51,864 bases of DNA, taken from a virus. Its lineage: Duplodnaviria > Caudoviricetes. The position numbers and the translations under genes were made by a program. Where the stretch lies: the IMG/VR virus record IMGVR_UViG_3300032954_000021, positions 1-51,864 of that record; one strand, given 5' to 3'. This document shows positions 27,530 to 35,859 of the stretch, in pieces (position 1 is the stretch's first letter; the number at the start of each line of letters is the position of its first letter). Under the pieces are notes generated by a model. It made no database searches. It was not told the DNA's origin and saw nothing but the letters and a program-made list of their open reading frames with translations.

Positions 27530-27949
27530 ATGGCTACGCAGATCGAGGACAGCATGAGGATGGAACGCAGGAAACGGCCCGGCTCCAAGATGACTCGCGA
27601 GGACGTGATCGAAATACGCCGCCTCGCCGCCGATACAGACATGTCCTACCGAGAGATCGGCGAGATGATGAACCTCGGTACGGAGCAAGTCGGCCGCATC
27701 GTTCGCGGGGAGCAGTGGCGCGACATTGATCTGATCCCTTCGGATACTGAGGTCGAGGCGCGCATGAGGCGCGAGGCGCCGCCACTCCCGAGCGAGATCG
27801 AACGGTCGCAGGAGCGGCTGAAAGCGCTCCTCGCCGCTGAGCCGGAGCTCATTCAGACACAGGTTCAGGATAGTCCTGAGCCTCCCAACGCCGCCGGCGA
27901 CGCCGAGCGGCAGGAGACGAGCGATGACCACGACAGCAAAGCAGAATGA
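27530..27949 (+). CDS. HTH DNA-binding protein
   Basis: SKMTREDVIEIRRL...SYREIGEMMNLGTEQVGRIVRGEQW. Confidence 0.75.
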   Translation: MATQIEDSMRMERRKRPGSKMTREDVIEIRRLAADTDMSYREIGEMMNLGTEQVGRIVRGEQWRDIDLIPSDTEVEARMRREAPPLPSEIERSQERLKALLAAEPELIQTQVQDSPEPPNAAGDAERQETSDDHDSKAE

Positions 27950-28121
27950 GGCAGAATTCGAAGCCTTCTGGCGTGAGTGGCAGAAAGCCTTCGCGACGAG
28001 CGCGGAGTACAGATCACTCGCCCGAGCCGCTTGGTTCGCAGGGCGGCTGGCGCTCTGTGAGAAGATGGTCGCAGAGCGGCGGCAGCAGCGCGCCAGCGAG
28101 CTGGCTGAGCTCGGAGTCTGA
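27924..28121 (+). CDS. Hypothetical protein
   Basis: 65 aa, AGGAG RBS. Confidence 0.6.
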   Translation: MTTTAKQNEAEFEAFWREWQKAFATSAEYRSLARAAWFAGRLALCEKMVAERRQQRASELAELGV

Positions 28122-28124
28122 GCC

Positions 28125-28343
28125 ATGCCCCGCTCAGTCGTAATCCAGTCCGCCAATACTCTCTCCCCTTGGTATGTCGTCGGCTTCGACTTCGACCGAG
28201 GTTCCATAGTCTGGGATCAGCCCGGCACAACGCCGCCCAAGCACTTCCCCAGCGCGGCCCACGCCCGAGCCTTTCTGAAGAAAGCCAATCACTCGGGCTG
28301 CGGCGTGCTGATCCCTTTCGCCCCCAAGGTCACGCAGCCATGA
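28125..28343 (+). CDS. Hypothetical protein
   Basis: 72 aa in a tightly packed early cluster. Confidence 0.55.
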   Translation: MPRSVVIQSANTLSPWYVVGFDFDRGSIVWDQPGTTPPKHFPSAAHARAFLKKANHSGCGVLIPFAPKVTQP

Positions 28344-28561
28344 CGCTCTATCGAGTCTGTAATGCGGATGGCGCTCTCATCATGACTGCGCCCCTCTACA
28401 CTCTCACCCTGCTCTGGAATATCAAGGGCGCGGACCTCGAAGCGGCGACCGTCGCCCTCGACGACAAGTACAATTTCTACACCTACGTATTCGGGCAGTG
28501 CTATGCGCAGCGCATGCCGCTCGAGATCGAGAATCCTCTTCTCCGGAGACAAGCATCATGA
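28340..28561 (+). CDS. Hypothetical protein
   Basis: MTLYRVC start; ATGA overlaps at both ends. Confidence 0.55.
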   Translation: MTLYRVCNADGALIMTAPLYTLTLLWNIKGADLEAATVALDDKYNFYTYVFGQCYAQRMPLEIENPLLRRQAS

Positions 28562-28896
28562 AAGAGACTCCCGTTACCTACAGCAAACAGCCGCCCGCGA
28601 CCATTCGCGCACTGCGATACATTCGCCAGTACGCCAATCGCGGCCCGAGTCCGAAGCGGACTCGCTTCGGCAAGCAGAAGCGAGCGGCCCTCCAGGCCGC
28701 CGGCATTCGCGACACCGCGCACACGCGCTTGGGCGCTGAGGTTCTCAAGAACCTGTTCGCGCTGAGGATCAGCCTGCCGCCCCTCAAGCCGCCCGCTCCG
28801 CTGCCACCTACTGGCACAGAGCCGATCGAGGGCAAGCCGGCTTCTTCCGGAAGATCTGGCCGCGCGTCAAGCTCAAGAGAGCGACCTACGAGGTAG
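28558..28896 (+). CDS. Basic hypothetical protein
   Basis: MKETPV start, GGAG RBS. Confidence 0.5.
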   Translation: MKETPVTYSKQPPATIRALRYIRQYANRGPSPKRTRFGKQKRAALQAAGIRDTAHTRLGAEVLKNLFALRISLPPLKPPAPLPPTGTEPIEGKPASSGRSGRASSSRERPTR

Positions 28897-28900
28897 TCAA

Positions 28901-29086
28901 ATGAACGAGCTAGAGTCACTCGTCCGACGTAACGCGGAGTCCTGCGAGCAAGCGAAGCACCGCGCATGCCGCTGCCACTGCCGGGGCAAACTGCACGGCA
29001 AGCCGCACTCGGAAGAGTGGGTGCAGAAGGCGATGGCGGAGATTGCAGACGAACGATGGGCAAAGACAGAGGAGGCGGAGCTATGA
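28901..29086 (+). CDS. Small Cys/His-rich protein
   Basis: CEQA...CRCHCRGKLHG; GAGG RBS. Confidence 0.6.
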   Translation: MNELESLVRRNAESCEQAKHRACRCHCRGKLHGKPHSEEWVQKAMAEIADERWAKTEEAEL

Positions 29087-30570
29087 ACCTGCACGATCAA
29101 GTCATCGCAGCTGATCGACCTGATACGAGACAGTGGTCCGACTACCAGCAGGCCATCTTCGAAGCCGTCCGCTCTTCGGACAGCAACCTGCTCATCCAAG
29201 CCGTCGCCGGCTCGGGCAAGACCACCACGATCATCCAGGCCACCAACTACGCCGCCAGCCCCGCTCTGTTACTCGCCTTCAACAAGGACATTGCGCTGGA
29301 CATTCAGGCGAAGCTCGAAGTGGGCACAGCGAAGACGCTCAACGCTCTAGGCCACCGCCTCTGGATGCAGAACGCCGCCGGCGCAAAGCTCGACGCAGAC
29401 AAGCTCGAGAAGCTCGCCGTTCGCGAGATGCCCTCTGATCTCTACCGGAAGTTCGGCTTCATGCTCAAGCGGATCGTTGGGCAGGCGAAGGCTGCCGGCG
29501 TCGGCATCGGCGCTCAGGTCAATTCGAGCGACTTCGACCACTTTATCACGAACGGAGAGTGGGATATCGACGATGCAGACATCGCCTCGCTCGCCCATTA
29601 CGCCGCTCGCGTCTTCAATGCGTCCAGATCGGACCTCCAGACGTTCGACTTCGACGATCAGATCTACGGGCCGGTCTATCATGACTGGAGCTTTCCAGAG
29701 TTCGGCACCGTACTGGTGGACGAAGCGCAGGACCTCAACCGCATCCAGCATCTCTTCCTCCAGAAGCTGTCCGAGGCCGGCGCTCGCATGATCGCAGTCG
29801 GGGACCGGTACCAGGCCATCTACGCGTTCCGAGGTGCGCTCTCGAACTCTCTGGACCTTCTCGCAGACCACTTCAAGATGGAAGAGCTCCCGCTCTCGAT
29901 CAGCTATCGCTGTCCGCTGTCTGTCATAAGAGAGGCGCAGCAGATCGTCCCTCATATCGAGGCCCGTCCGGGCGCTCCCGAGGGTCTCGTCCAGTACCGC
30001 TCGGACAGCGCGCCGAACGAGGAGTACGGCGAGGACCCGAAGCTGTTCGAGAAGGACCACCTCGTTATCTGCCGCAATAATGCGCCGCTCTTCGCGGCAG
30101 TGATGCGGCACGTTCGGGAGCGATCGCCCTGCCGCGTCCGCAGCAACGCCCTCGACGGCCTCAGCTCATTCATCAAGCGCTTCCGCACGAGCGACGCGAG
30201 AGAGATGCTCCTGCGCCTCGACCGATGGCTCGTCAAGGAGACAGCGGCTGCCGAAGCCAAAGGCATGCCTTGGAAGGTGGCGGCGCTCGAGGACAAGGCC
30301 AACACGATCCGCAGCCTCGCCGAGGGCTTCACCCTCGTCGATGAGGTGCTGGCGGTCCTCCGACAGCTATCTGAAGGCAGGACCGGCCCCATCTTCAGCA
30401 CGATTCACAAGGCCAAAGGGCTCGAGGCCGACCACGTGTATTTCCTCCGCCCCGACCTCGTGCCAGCCTGGTTTATCAAAGAGCCGGCGGCGTTGCAGCA
30501 GGAGCAGAACCTGCGCTATGTCGCCATTACTCGGGCGAAACAGTCACTGACATATGGAGTACGAAGATGA
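29083..30570 (+). CDS. UvrD/Rep-like superfamily 1 helicase
   Basis: AVAGSGKTT, VDEAQD, VGDRYQAIY, STIHKAKGLE, YVAITRA. Confidence 0.93.
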   Translation: MNLHDQVIAADRPDTRQWSDYQQAIFEAVRSSDSNLLIQAVAGSGKTTTIIQATNYAASPALLLAFNKDIALDIQAKLEVGTAKTLNALGHRLWMQNAAGAKLDADKLEKLAVREMPSDLYRKFGFMLKRIVGQAKAAGVGIGAQVNSSDFDHFITNGEWDIDDADIASLAHYAARVFNASRSDLQTFDFDDQIYGPVYHDWSFPEFGTVLVDEAQDLNRIQHLFLQKLSEAGARMIAVGDRYQAIYAFRGALSNSLDLLADHFKMEELPLSISYRCPLSVIREAQQIVPHIEARPGAPEGLVQYRSDSAPNEEYGEDPKLFEKDHLVICRNNAPLFAAVMRHVRERSPCRVRSNALDGLSSFIKRFRTSDAREMLLRLDRWLVKETAAAEAKGMPWKVAALEDKANTIRSLAEGFTLVDEVLAVLRQLSEGRTGPIFSTIHKAKGLEADHVYFLRPDLVPAWFIKEPAALQQEQNLRYVAITRAKQSLTYGVRR

Positions 30571-30938
30571 AAGAGCCGAAACAGATTCCCAGCGTTCTCG
30601 TCGATCTCGAGTGGGGCGTGGCCCGGATCAACTTCGAGCAGGGCGCAATGGATGAAGATGGAGACCTGCGCCAGTGGTACACGAAGGAAGAAGGAGAGCA
30701 GCAGCTGTACGTCCGAATGGCCAGCATCGACTTCTTCGCCCCGGCGCAGGAAGGCATGGCGGCGCAGAGTCTCTCTATCGGTCGCACTGGTATTGTTGCA
30801 CTGAAAGAAGCACTGAGCAATATTCACTACGAAGAGGAGTGGCCGTACCAGAAGAAGCTACAAGAGATAAAGGACGCCGCGCAGGCTCCGAAGTCAGTTA
30901 CGTCAGCGCCTATTACTGACGACGACATTCCCTTCTGA
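30567..30938 (+). CDS. Hypothetical protein with SSB-like DDDIPF tail
   Basis: Ends TDDDIPF. Confidence 0.65.
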   Translation: MKEPKQIPSVLVDLEWGVARINFEQGAMDEDGDLRQWYTKEEGEQQLYVRMASIDFFAPAQEGMAAQSLSIGRTGIVALKEALSNIHYEEEWPYQKKLQEIKDAAQAPKSVTSAPITDDDIPF

Positions 30939-30949
30939 AAGGAAGCACC

Positions 30950-31237
30950 ATGAGACTCACAATCCTCGCCCCTCTCGTCCTGAGCGGCTGCTCGGCCCTC
31001 GCCCCAGCCGCCCTCGACTTCGAGGCTCAGCACAACTCCCACCTGCTCCAGCATGACTGGATGACAGACTGGTCACGCCGACAGGCCGGCTACGACACTA
31101 TCGGCGCGGCGGCTAAGTGGGAGCCCTCCCGCTCTACCTACGTGAAGGTGGGGGAGTACTACTCGCCCGAGTGCCTAGACGGGCGGCATGAGGTGTTCGA
31201 GGCGACGTTCGGATATGAAGTGAGGTTGAAGCCATGA
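30950..31237 (+). CDS. Putative lipoprotein
   Basis: MRLTILAPLVLSGC lipobox. Confidence 0.6.
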   Translation: MRLTILAPLVLSGCSALAPAALDFEAQHNSHLLQHDWMTDWSRRQAGYDTIGAAAKWEPSRSTYVKVGEYYSPECLDGRHEVFEATFGYEVRLKP

Positions 31238-31602
31238 GCGATGCTAACAGTTCCTCAAATGAGCAGCTCCCTGAATTTACCTACGAGCAAATCGTAGAGG
31301 GGAAGCGCCCGCCAGTGCTTTCGGGGCCGTACATTCCGGCCTATCTCGCAAAGGCCGAAATCAAGCGGCTGGAGGACTGTATTCGCGGGCTATCCGACCA
31401 TGCAATGAAGTCGGCCCACGAGATCGGCATCATGCTCCAAGCGCTCAAGACGATTGCAGCGAACGACCGCATGACCGCTCCGCATCCAATCGGCCCCGCG
31501 ATGGGCGCGGGCATCAGTCAGGGCCTTGAATGGAACGCGAAGATCGCCAAGCAGGCGTTGTCTGCTGTCGAAGCCGCACCACGGGGCGAGGAGGCAACAT
31601 GA
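31234..31602 (+). CDS. Hypothetical protein
   Basis: 122 aa, ATGA overlaps. Confidence 0.6.
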   Translation: MSDANSSSNEQLPEFTYEQIVEGKRPPVLSGPYIPAYLAKAEIKRLEDCIRGLSDHAMKSAHEIGIMLQALKTIAANDRMTAPHPIGPAMGAGISQGLEWNAKIAKQALSAVEAAPRGEEAT

Positions 31603-32108
31603 GTGCGCACGACAAACCCTCAAATCAGCGCCTCGATGCTCAGATGCAGGTGCTAGCGATAGCCGAAGGACTCGGCATCCCCGATCCCGCATCGTGGACG
31701 TGGCTTGAGCCGGGACAGTTGAAACTCATCTGTCAGGCCATTGCGAAGCAGGCGGCGCAATCCGAGCGGCTGCGCGCGGCGCTGGTGAAGATCGGAACCA
31801 TGTCATGCGTCATGGGCTACGACAGGGGGCACGCCGGCATTGATGCTGTAGTGCGAGAGGCTCTTGGCGAAGCCGCACCACGGGACGAGACTGCGCCAGC
31901 CGATGAGACCAACCGTGACAAGGCCCTGCGAGGCGAGGTCGTGGTCATTAGCGAGGCGCGGCTGCGAGAGATGCGCGAGCAGGCGATTCGCTTTGAAGGG
32001 ATCGGTGACGGTACATATCACTGGCACTGGGCGGCGGCGCTTAATGAACTGATCGCCCTTCGCGAGCCGGTGCAACAAGTCGAGACGACAGCGGAGCATC
32101 AATCATGA
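31599..32108 (+). CDS. Hypothetical protein
   Basis: Start MSAHDK, GAGGAGG RBS. Confidence 0.6.
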   Translation: MSAHDKPSNQRLDAQMQVLAIAEGLGIPDPASWTWLEPGQLKLICQAIAKQAAQSERLRAALVKIGTMSCVMGYDRGHAGIDAVVREALGEAAPRDETAPADETNRDKALRGEVVVISEARLREMREQAIRFEGIGDGTYHWHWAAALNELIALREPVQQVETTAEHQS

Positions 32109-32653
32109 CTGAAGCGCAAGGTACATTCGCATGCCCGATCTGCGGCGTAGAGTCCCCGCACTCGCATTCCGAAGCCACGCAAGCGGCTTATCGAGAGGAG
32201 CAAATCAGCGGGCGGTTCTACGGTGAGGGCGACGGCTGGATTAGGACTGAGCTGCACAGGCCGAAAGAGCGGGGCTGGTATCTGTGCCTCGGAGTTGAGA
32301 TCGATGCCGATCAGTTCGGAAAACCGAAAGACATTTGGGAGCGCCACGACCGTTGGTCGCAACTCTCGTGGTTCAAGTGGGTGCGTCAAGGCGGCGCCCG
32401 CGGGCACTTGGAAAGCGACATTCCCGAGGTTCTGTACTACGACCCGTTCTACGGCGGCTGGCAGCTTCGCAACCTGCTCGGAAACGCCGTCTACTCCGGC
32501 GCTGAGAATCGCCACCGAGTGCAAGCGGAGCCGAAGTACTGGCGTGAGTTGCCTCCGTTCATCAAGAGAGGCACCAGTGAGATGGGCCGAGAAACAGCGA
32601 ATGACCCTGATCGCGGAAAGACTTTCGTCACAGGGTTGGATCAACCGAAGTGA
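32105..32653 (+). CDS. Hypothetical Trp-rich protein
   Basis: CPICG N-terminus; GWI...RP...YWRELP pattern reminiscent of DUF551-type phage domains. Confidence 0.6.
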   Translation: MTEAQGTFACPICGVESPHSHSEATQAAYREEQISGRFYGEGDGWIRTELHRPKERGWYLCLGVEIDADQFGKPKDIWERHDRWSQLSWFKWVRQGGARGHLESDIPEVLYYDPFYGGWQLRNLLGNAVYSGAENRHRVQAEPKYWRELPPFIKRGTSEMGRETANDPDRGKTFVTGLDQPK

Positions 32654-32807
32654 TCTGATGGACGCATTTGGCATCTCGACTCAGCAGGCGTCGAAAGACC
32701 TACAGACGTTTCTACGGCTGAATCCTCGGGCGATGCGCTATAACCTGAGTGCAAAGCGGTACGAAGCAGCACCACCGGAGAACGGGAAAGCGGAGCCTCG
32801 CTCATGA
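32577..32807 (+). CDS. Stand-alone winged-HTH resembling the N-terminal domain of CapW/BrxR WYL regulators
   Basis: GTG start with GAGG RBS; RWAEKQRMTLIAERL..QGWINRSDLMDAFGISTQQASKDLQTF...YNLSAKRY. Confidence 0.7.
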   Translation: MRWAEKQRMTLIAERLSSQGWINRSDLMDAFGISTQQASKDLQTFLRLNPRAMRYNLSAKRYEAAPPENGKAEPRS

Positions 32808-33178
32808 ACATCATCATCCAGACCATCGATCACTCTCAACAGCGCTACGACACCTGCGGAGACTGGCGGTTCGAGTCCAACGCCCTCGTCATCCGAGTCA
32901 GCTCTCTGAAGAACTGGCGCATGGAAGCCCTCATCGCCATCCACGAGCTGATCGAGGCAGTCCTCTGCCGAGGCTTCAACGTCGACCAGGGCGACGTGGA
33001 TCAGTTCGACCTCCAGTTCTCCGGCCCCGGGGAGCCCGGCGACCAGTTCGCCGCTCCCTACTACATGCAGCACCAGATCGCGACCGGCATCGAGCGCCTG
33101 CTCGCCGCCTACCTCATGGTGGACTGGCTCGACTACGAGAAGCGGGTGAATGGATTGGGGCAGACAGCAAAAGACTGA
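32804..33178 (+). CDS. Phage hypothetical protein
   Basis: QRYDTCGDW, IAIHELIE, EPGD...APYYMQH motifs. Confidence 0.65.
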   Translation: MNIIIQTIDHSQQRYDTCGDWRFESNALVIRVSSLKNWRMEALIAIHELIEAVLCRGFNVDQGDVDQFDLQFSGPGEPGDQFAAPYYMQHQIATGIERLLAAYLMVDWLDYEKRVNGLGQTAKD

Positions 33179-33179
33179 G

Positions 33180-33208
33180 TGGACGCGCGATTCGCGTCCG
33201 CGTATGAT
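33180..33208 (+). promoter_or_regulatory. sigma70-type promoter with palindromic spacer
   Basis: TGGACG-N17-TATGAT; ggacgcg..cgcgtcc dyad overlapping the -35 box and spacer. Confidence 0.6.
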
Positions 33209-33270
33209 CGCAGCTTCGGAATCGCGGGCCGCCGACTCAAAGGGTCCGCACACTGATAGGAGAAGAGAGA

Positions 33271-33927
33271 ATGAACGCAACAGCAGAACAGGCAGCCGGC
33301 GAAGCCGCCGCAGCTGCCCCCGCTCGCAAGAAGGCAGAGGTCGAGATCGTGGAGATGACCGATGGACGCAAGGTGTCGTTCTCGGGCAAGTCGAAGGTCT
33401 CGAAGGAGTTCCTGGTGAATGGGAAGCCCTTCGATGAGCTGACTCCCGAGGAGCAGGCCAAGGCGCACGTCGGCCATTCTGCCGTCCGCTTCGACTTCCG
33501 CAACGGCACGACTCGCACGTATCCGCTGAACACCGCGCTCGCCCTGCGCTTCGCAGGCCACGGTGCTCTGCAGAAGTACGGCGATGAGCTGGCCGGCGAG
33601 GACGCACCCGATCTCGATGACTGGGCTGCGACCACGGATCGGCTGCACGAGCGGCTGTCTGGCGGGGAGTGGACGAAGGCCCGCGTAGGCGGCGGCATGG
33701 CAGGCACCAGCGTGCTGCTCCAGGCCCTGATGGAGTTCACCGGGCGTACTGCCGACGAGGTCCGCGAGCACATCAAGGACTGGACGCCGCAGGACAAGCA
33801 GGCCATGCGCAACGATCCTGACATCAAGCCGATCGTCGAGCGCATCGAGAAGGAGAAGGCCGAGAAGGCTTCGAAGAACGTCGATACCGGCGCTCTGAAG
33901 GCCTCTCTAAAGAGTCTCGCCGCATAG
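33271..33927 (+). CDS. Early protein, paralog of 26549..27091
   Basis: 218 aa with its own promoter, AGGAG RBS and downstream hairpin. Confidence 0.8.
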   Translation: MNATAEQAAGEAAAAAPARKKAEVEIVEMTDGRKVSFSGKSKVSKEFLVNGKPFDELTPEEQAKAHVGHSAVRFDFRNGTTRTYPLNTALALRFAGHGALQKYGDELAGEDAPDLDDWAATTDRLHERLSGGEWTKARVGGGMAGTSVLLQALMEFTGRTADEVREHIKDWTPQDKQAMRNDPDIKPIVERIEKEKAEKASKNVDTGALKASLKSLAA

Positions 33928-33963
33928 CGGAGAGTCCTCGGATCGCGAGTCCCGAGGAGGAGT

Positions 33964-33981
33964 GGGGGCCGAAAGGCCCCC
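33964..33981 (+). terminator. GAAA-tetraloop hairpin
   Basis: gggggcc-gaaa-ggccccc followed by tctct. Confidence 0.5.
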
Positions 33982-34034
33982 TCTCTACTAGTAAGAGGAC
34001 CGGAAGGCGGGCGGCAGGCAGCAGCATACTGCCA

Positions 34035-34063
34035 TTGCACGTTCGCATTATGTCGGGCATAAT
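34035..34063 (+). promoter_or_regulatory. sigma70-type promoter whose -10 box lies inside the TTATG-N5-CATAA motif
   Basis: TTGCAC-N17-CATAAT; palindrome at 34048-34062. Confidence 0.65.
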
Positions 34064-34148
34064 ACCCACACGAATTGAAACCAGCTGCATGTCTCGCGCG
34101 GCGAGCGGATTACCGGCACTAGCAGCTCTAACCTAACAGGAGACAAGA

Positions 34149-34433
34149 ATGGCCCAGATCCCCAAGCAGATCATCCCGCACAAGCTCTACAAAGTCAATG
34201 CGAGCGCCCTCGGCCTCGGCACCGAAGGAGATGTCGAGGTCGTGCTGGAGCGCGACTGCGACTGGCTCAAGAACGAGGACGGTTCGCATGGCCGCGTGAC
34301 GCACTGGCTCGTCCGGCAGGTCACAATCCGCTCGGGTACCTTCCCGAACGCCGACTACTCCTTCGGAGAGCCGATCCGCGTCGCAGCGAGCGAACTCCGC
34401 CCCATGATGCGGACCATAAAGGCAGCCGCGTAA
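34149..34433 (+). CDS. Hypothetical protein
   Basis: 94 aa, AGGAG RBS. Confidence 0.65.
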   Translation: MAQIPKQIIPHKLYKVNASALGLGTEGDVEVVLERDCDWLKNEDGSHGRVTHWLVRQVTIRSGTFPNADYSFGEPIRVAASELRPMMRTIKAAA

Positions 34434-34798
34434 TGTCTGAGGGCAGCCTCGAGCGCCTCCAGCGCATTCTCGTCCGAGCCCGGCATCGCGCCGGCCTCGA
34501 GGCTGCCGCTCGCCGCGCACTGAAGCAGAAGCGGAAGGCAAAGACCGTTGCAGAGGACTACGCCGACCGGCTGGCAGAGAAAGCTCTGTATCGCCGGCTG
34601 CTCGAAGACCTCCGTCTGGATGGAATGCGCTTCCAGTTCTACTTCACCCGCATCTCGAAAGACGTTGATCTTACCGAGCTCCGTGCTTGGATAGATGCAA
34701 AGATAGCAGAGGAGACGAAGCGTGAGATGGATAAAAAAGCTGATCGACCGCTGGTTCGGATGGGAGACGCTGCCAGGTCCGAAGCCGGACCCGCGTAA
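34433..34798 (+). CDS. Hypothetical protein
   Basis: 121 aa, TAATG coupling. Confidence 0.55.
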   Translation: MSEGSLERLQRILVRARHRAGLEAAARRALKQKRKAKTVAEDYADRLAEKALYRRLLEDLRLDGMRFQFYFTRISKDVDLTELRAWIDAKIAEETKREMDKKADRPLVRMGDAARSEAGPA

Positions 34799-34847
34799 CT
34801 GGTCCGACGCTTACATGACCGAGTATCGGAAGGCGACGAAGGCCTAG
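34722..34847 (+). CDS. 41-aa peptide MRWIKKLIDRWFGWETLP...
   Basis: GTG start with GAGGAG RBS; fills the gap to 34849. Confidence 0.45.
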   Translation: MRWIKKLIDRWFGWETLPGPKPDPRNWSDAYMTEYRKATKA

Positions 34848-34848
34848 C

Positions 34849-35055
34849 GTGCCACGCCCTCCCGAGATAATCCGTCCTGTGTCGCTGCATACCTCGGTCC
34901 CCGAGGACTTGGCGACCTGGCTCACCGTCCACCTCTGGAGCAAGGCAGAGGGGAGAGTGCCGCATGGTGCGCGGCAGGCACTCATCTTGCAGCTACTGAG
35001 AGAGTATCGCGCCCGATTCGAGACGAGAGAGGTGTCCAGTGATTCAGAGTCCTGA
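34849..35055 (+). CDS. Small putative DNA-binding (RHH-like) protein
   Basis: MPRPPEIIRPVSLHTSVPEDL...EGRVPHGA...ILQLLREY. Confidence 0.55.
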   Translation: MPRPPEIIRPVSLHTSVPEDLATWLTVHLWSKAEGRVPHGARQALILQLLREYRARFETREVSSDSES

Positions 35056-35254
35056 GTTGCAAATGAAGATCGCCCATTGGCGGGACAAGCAGTCCCGCGG
35101 CGAAATGTCACCAGAGGACTGGATCGAAGCGATGACTGCCCTCCGTGAGCATCGCACCGGCGCCCAGGCCGCCTCTGCCGCCTCGAAGGCCCGCAAGGCG
35201 CCCGTCGATACGTCCGCGCTGAAGGACAGCCTCCGCGCGCTCAAGAAGATCTGA
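35039..35254 (+). CDS. Hypothetical protein with shared C-terminal tag
   Basis: Ends VDTSALKDSLRALKKI. Confidence 0.65.
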   Translation: MIQSPELQMKIAHWRDKQSRGEMSPEDWIEAMTALREHRTGAQAASAASKARKAPVDTSALKDSLRALKKI

Positions 35255-35284
35255 CCTGAAACGAAAGTCCGAAGGGAGCTACCT

Positions 35285-35476
35285 GTGGACTCAGACTCAC
35301 AGTACACGCCGATCTACCAAGTCGAATGCGCTGAGTGCGGTATAGCGCCGGTCGTCGGCATTCGCGCTCCCTCTGGAGTCATCATCTGTTCCGCGCTGTG
35401 CGGCCCGCACTTCTTCGGCGATCGGCTGATGCTGGAGCCGGAGCGGTGGAATCAGCAACAGGAGGCGACCGAATGA
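35285..35476 (+). CDS. Small Zn-finger-like protein
   Basis: CAECG...CGPH. Confidence 0.55.
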   Translation: MDSDSQYTPIYQVECAECGIAPVVGIRAPSGVIICSALCGPHFFGDRLMLEPERWNQQQEATE

Positions 35477-35859
35477 CAGACCGTCGCCCTACTATAGGCA
35501 GAAAGCGAAGTCGCTTTACAGGCAAGGTAGTTCGAGAACATATTCGGATTGCAGAGGAAGTGCTTGGACGCGCCCTACCGGCAGGTGCTGTCGTTCATCA
35601 CGTTGACTGCAATCCAGCAAATAATACGAGAAGCAATCTTGTAATCTGTCCGAACGAGGCTTATCACAAGCTGTTGCATAAGAGAACAGAAGCTATTGCT
35701 GCTACAGGCAACCCAAACTGCAGAAAATGTGTATTCTGTAAGCAGTGGGACTTCCCAGAGAACATGAAGGAACGAGGCAGCAGAGACTTTCACCACGCAC
35801 GCTGTGCAGCAGCTGCAGTACTGGAGAGATACTATGCTAAAAAATCCACCGTTTCCTGA
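35473..35859 (+). CDS. HNH homing endonuclease
   Basis: EHIRIAEEVLGR.L...VVHHVDCNPANNTRSNLVIC...YHKLLH; low GC. Confidence 0.85.
   Translation: MTDRRPTIGRKRSRFTGKVVREHIRIAEEVLGRALPAGAVVHHVDCNPANNTRSNLVICPNEAYHKLLHKRTEAIAATGNPNCRKCVFCKQWDFPENMKERGSRDFHHARCAAAAVLERYYAKKSTVS

Noticed and set aside
26030-27530. tRNA genes in the non-coding gaps
   Set aside because: No cloverleaf with T-loop GTTCRA and matching acceptor stem was seen; tRNAscan-SE would be decisive.
32577-34847. Two genes both start GTGAGATGG and overlap the upstream gene by 77 nt
   Set aside because: No further similarity between them; most likely coincidence.
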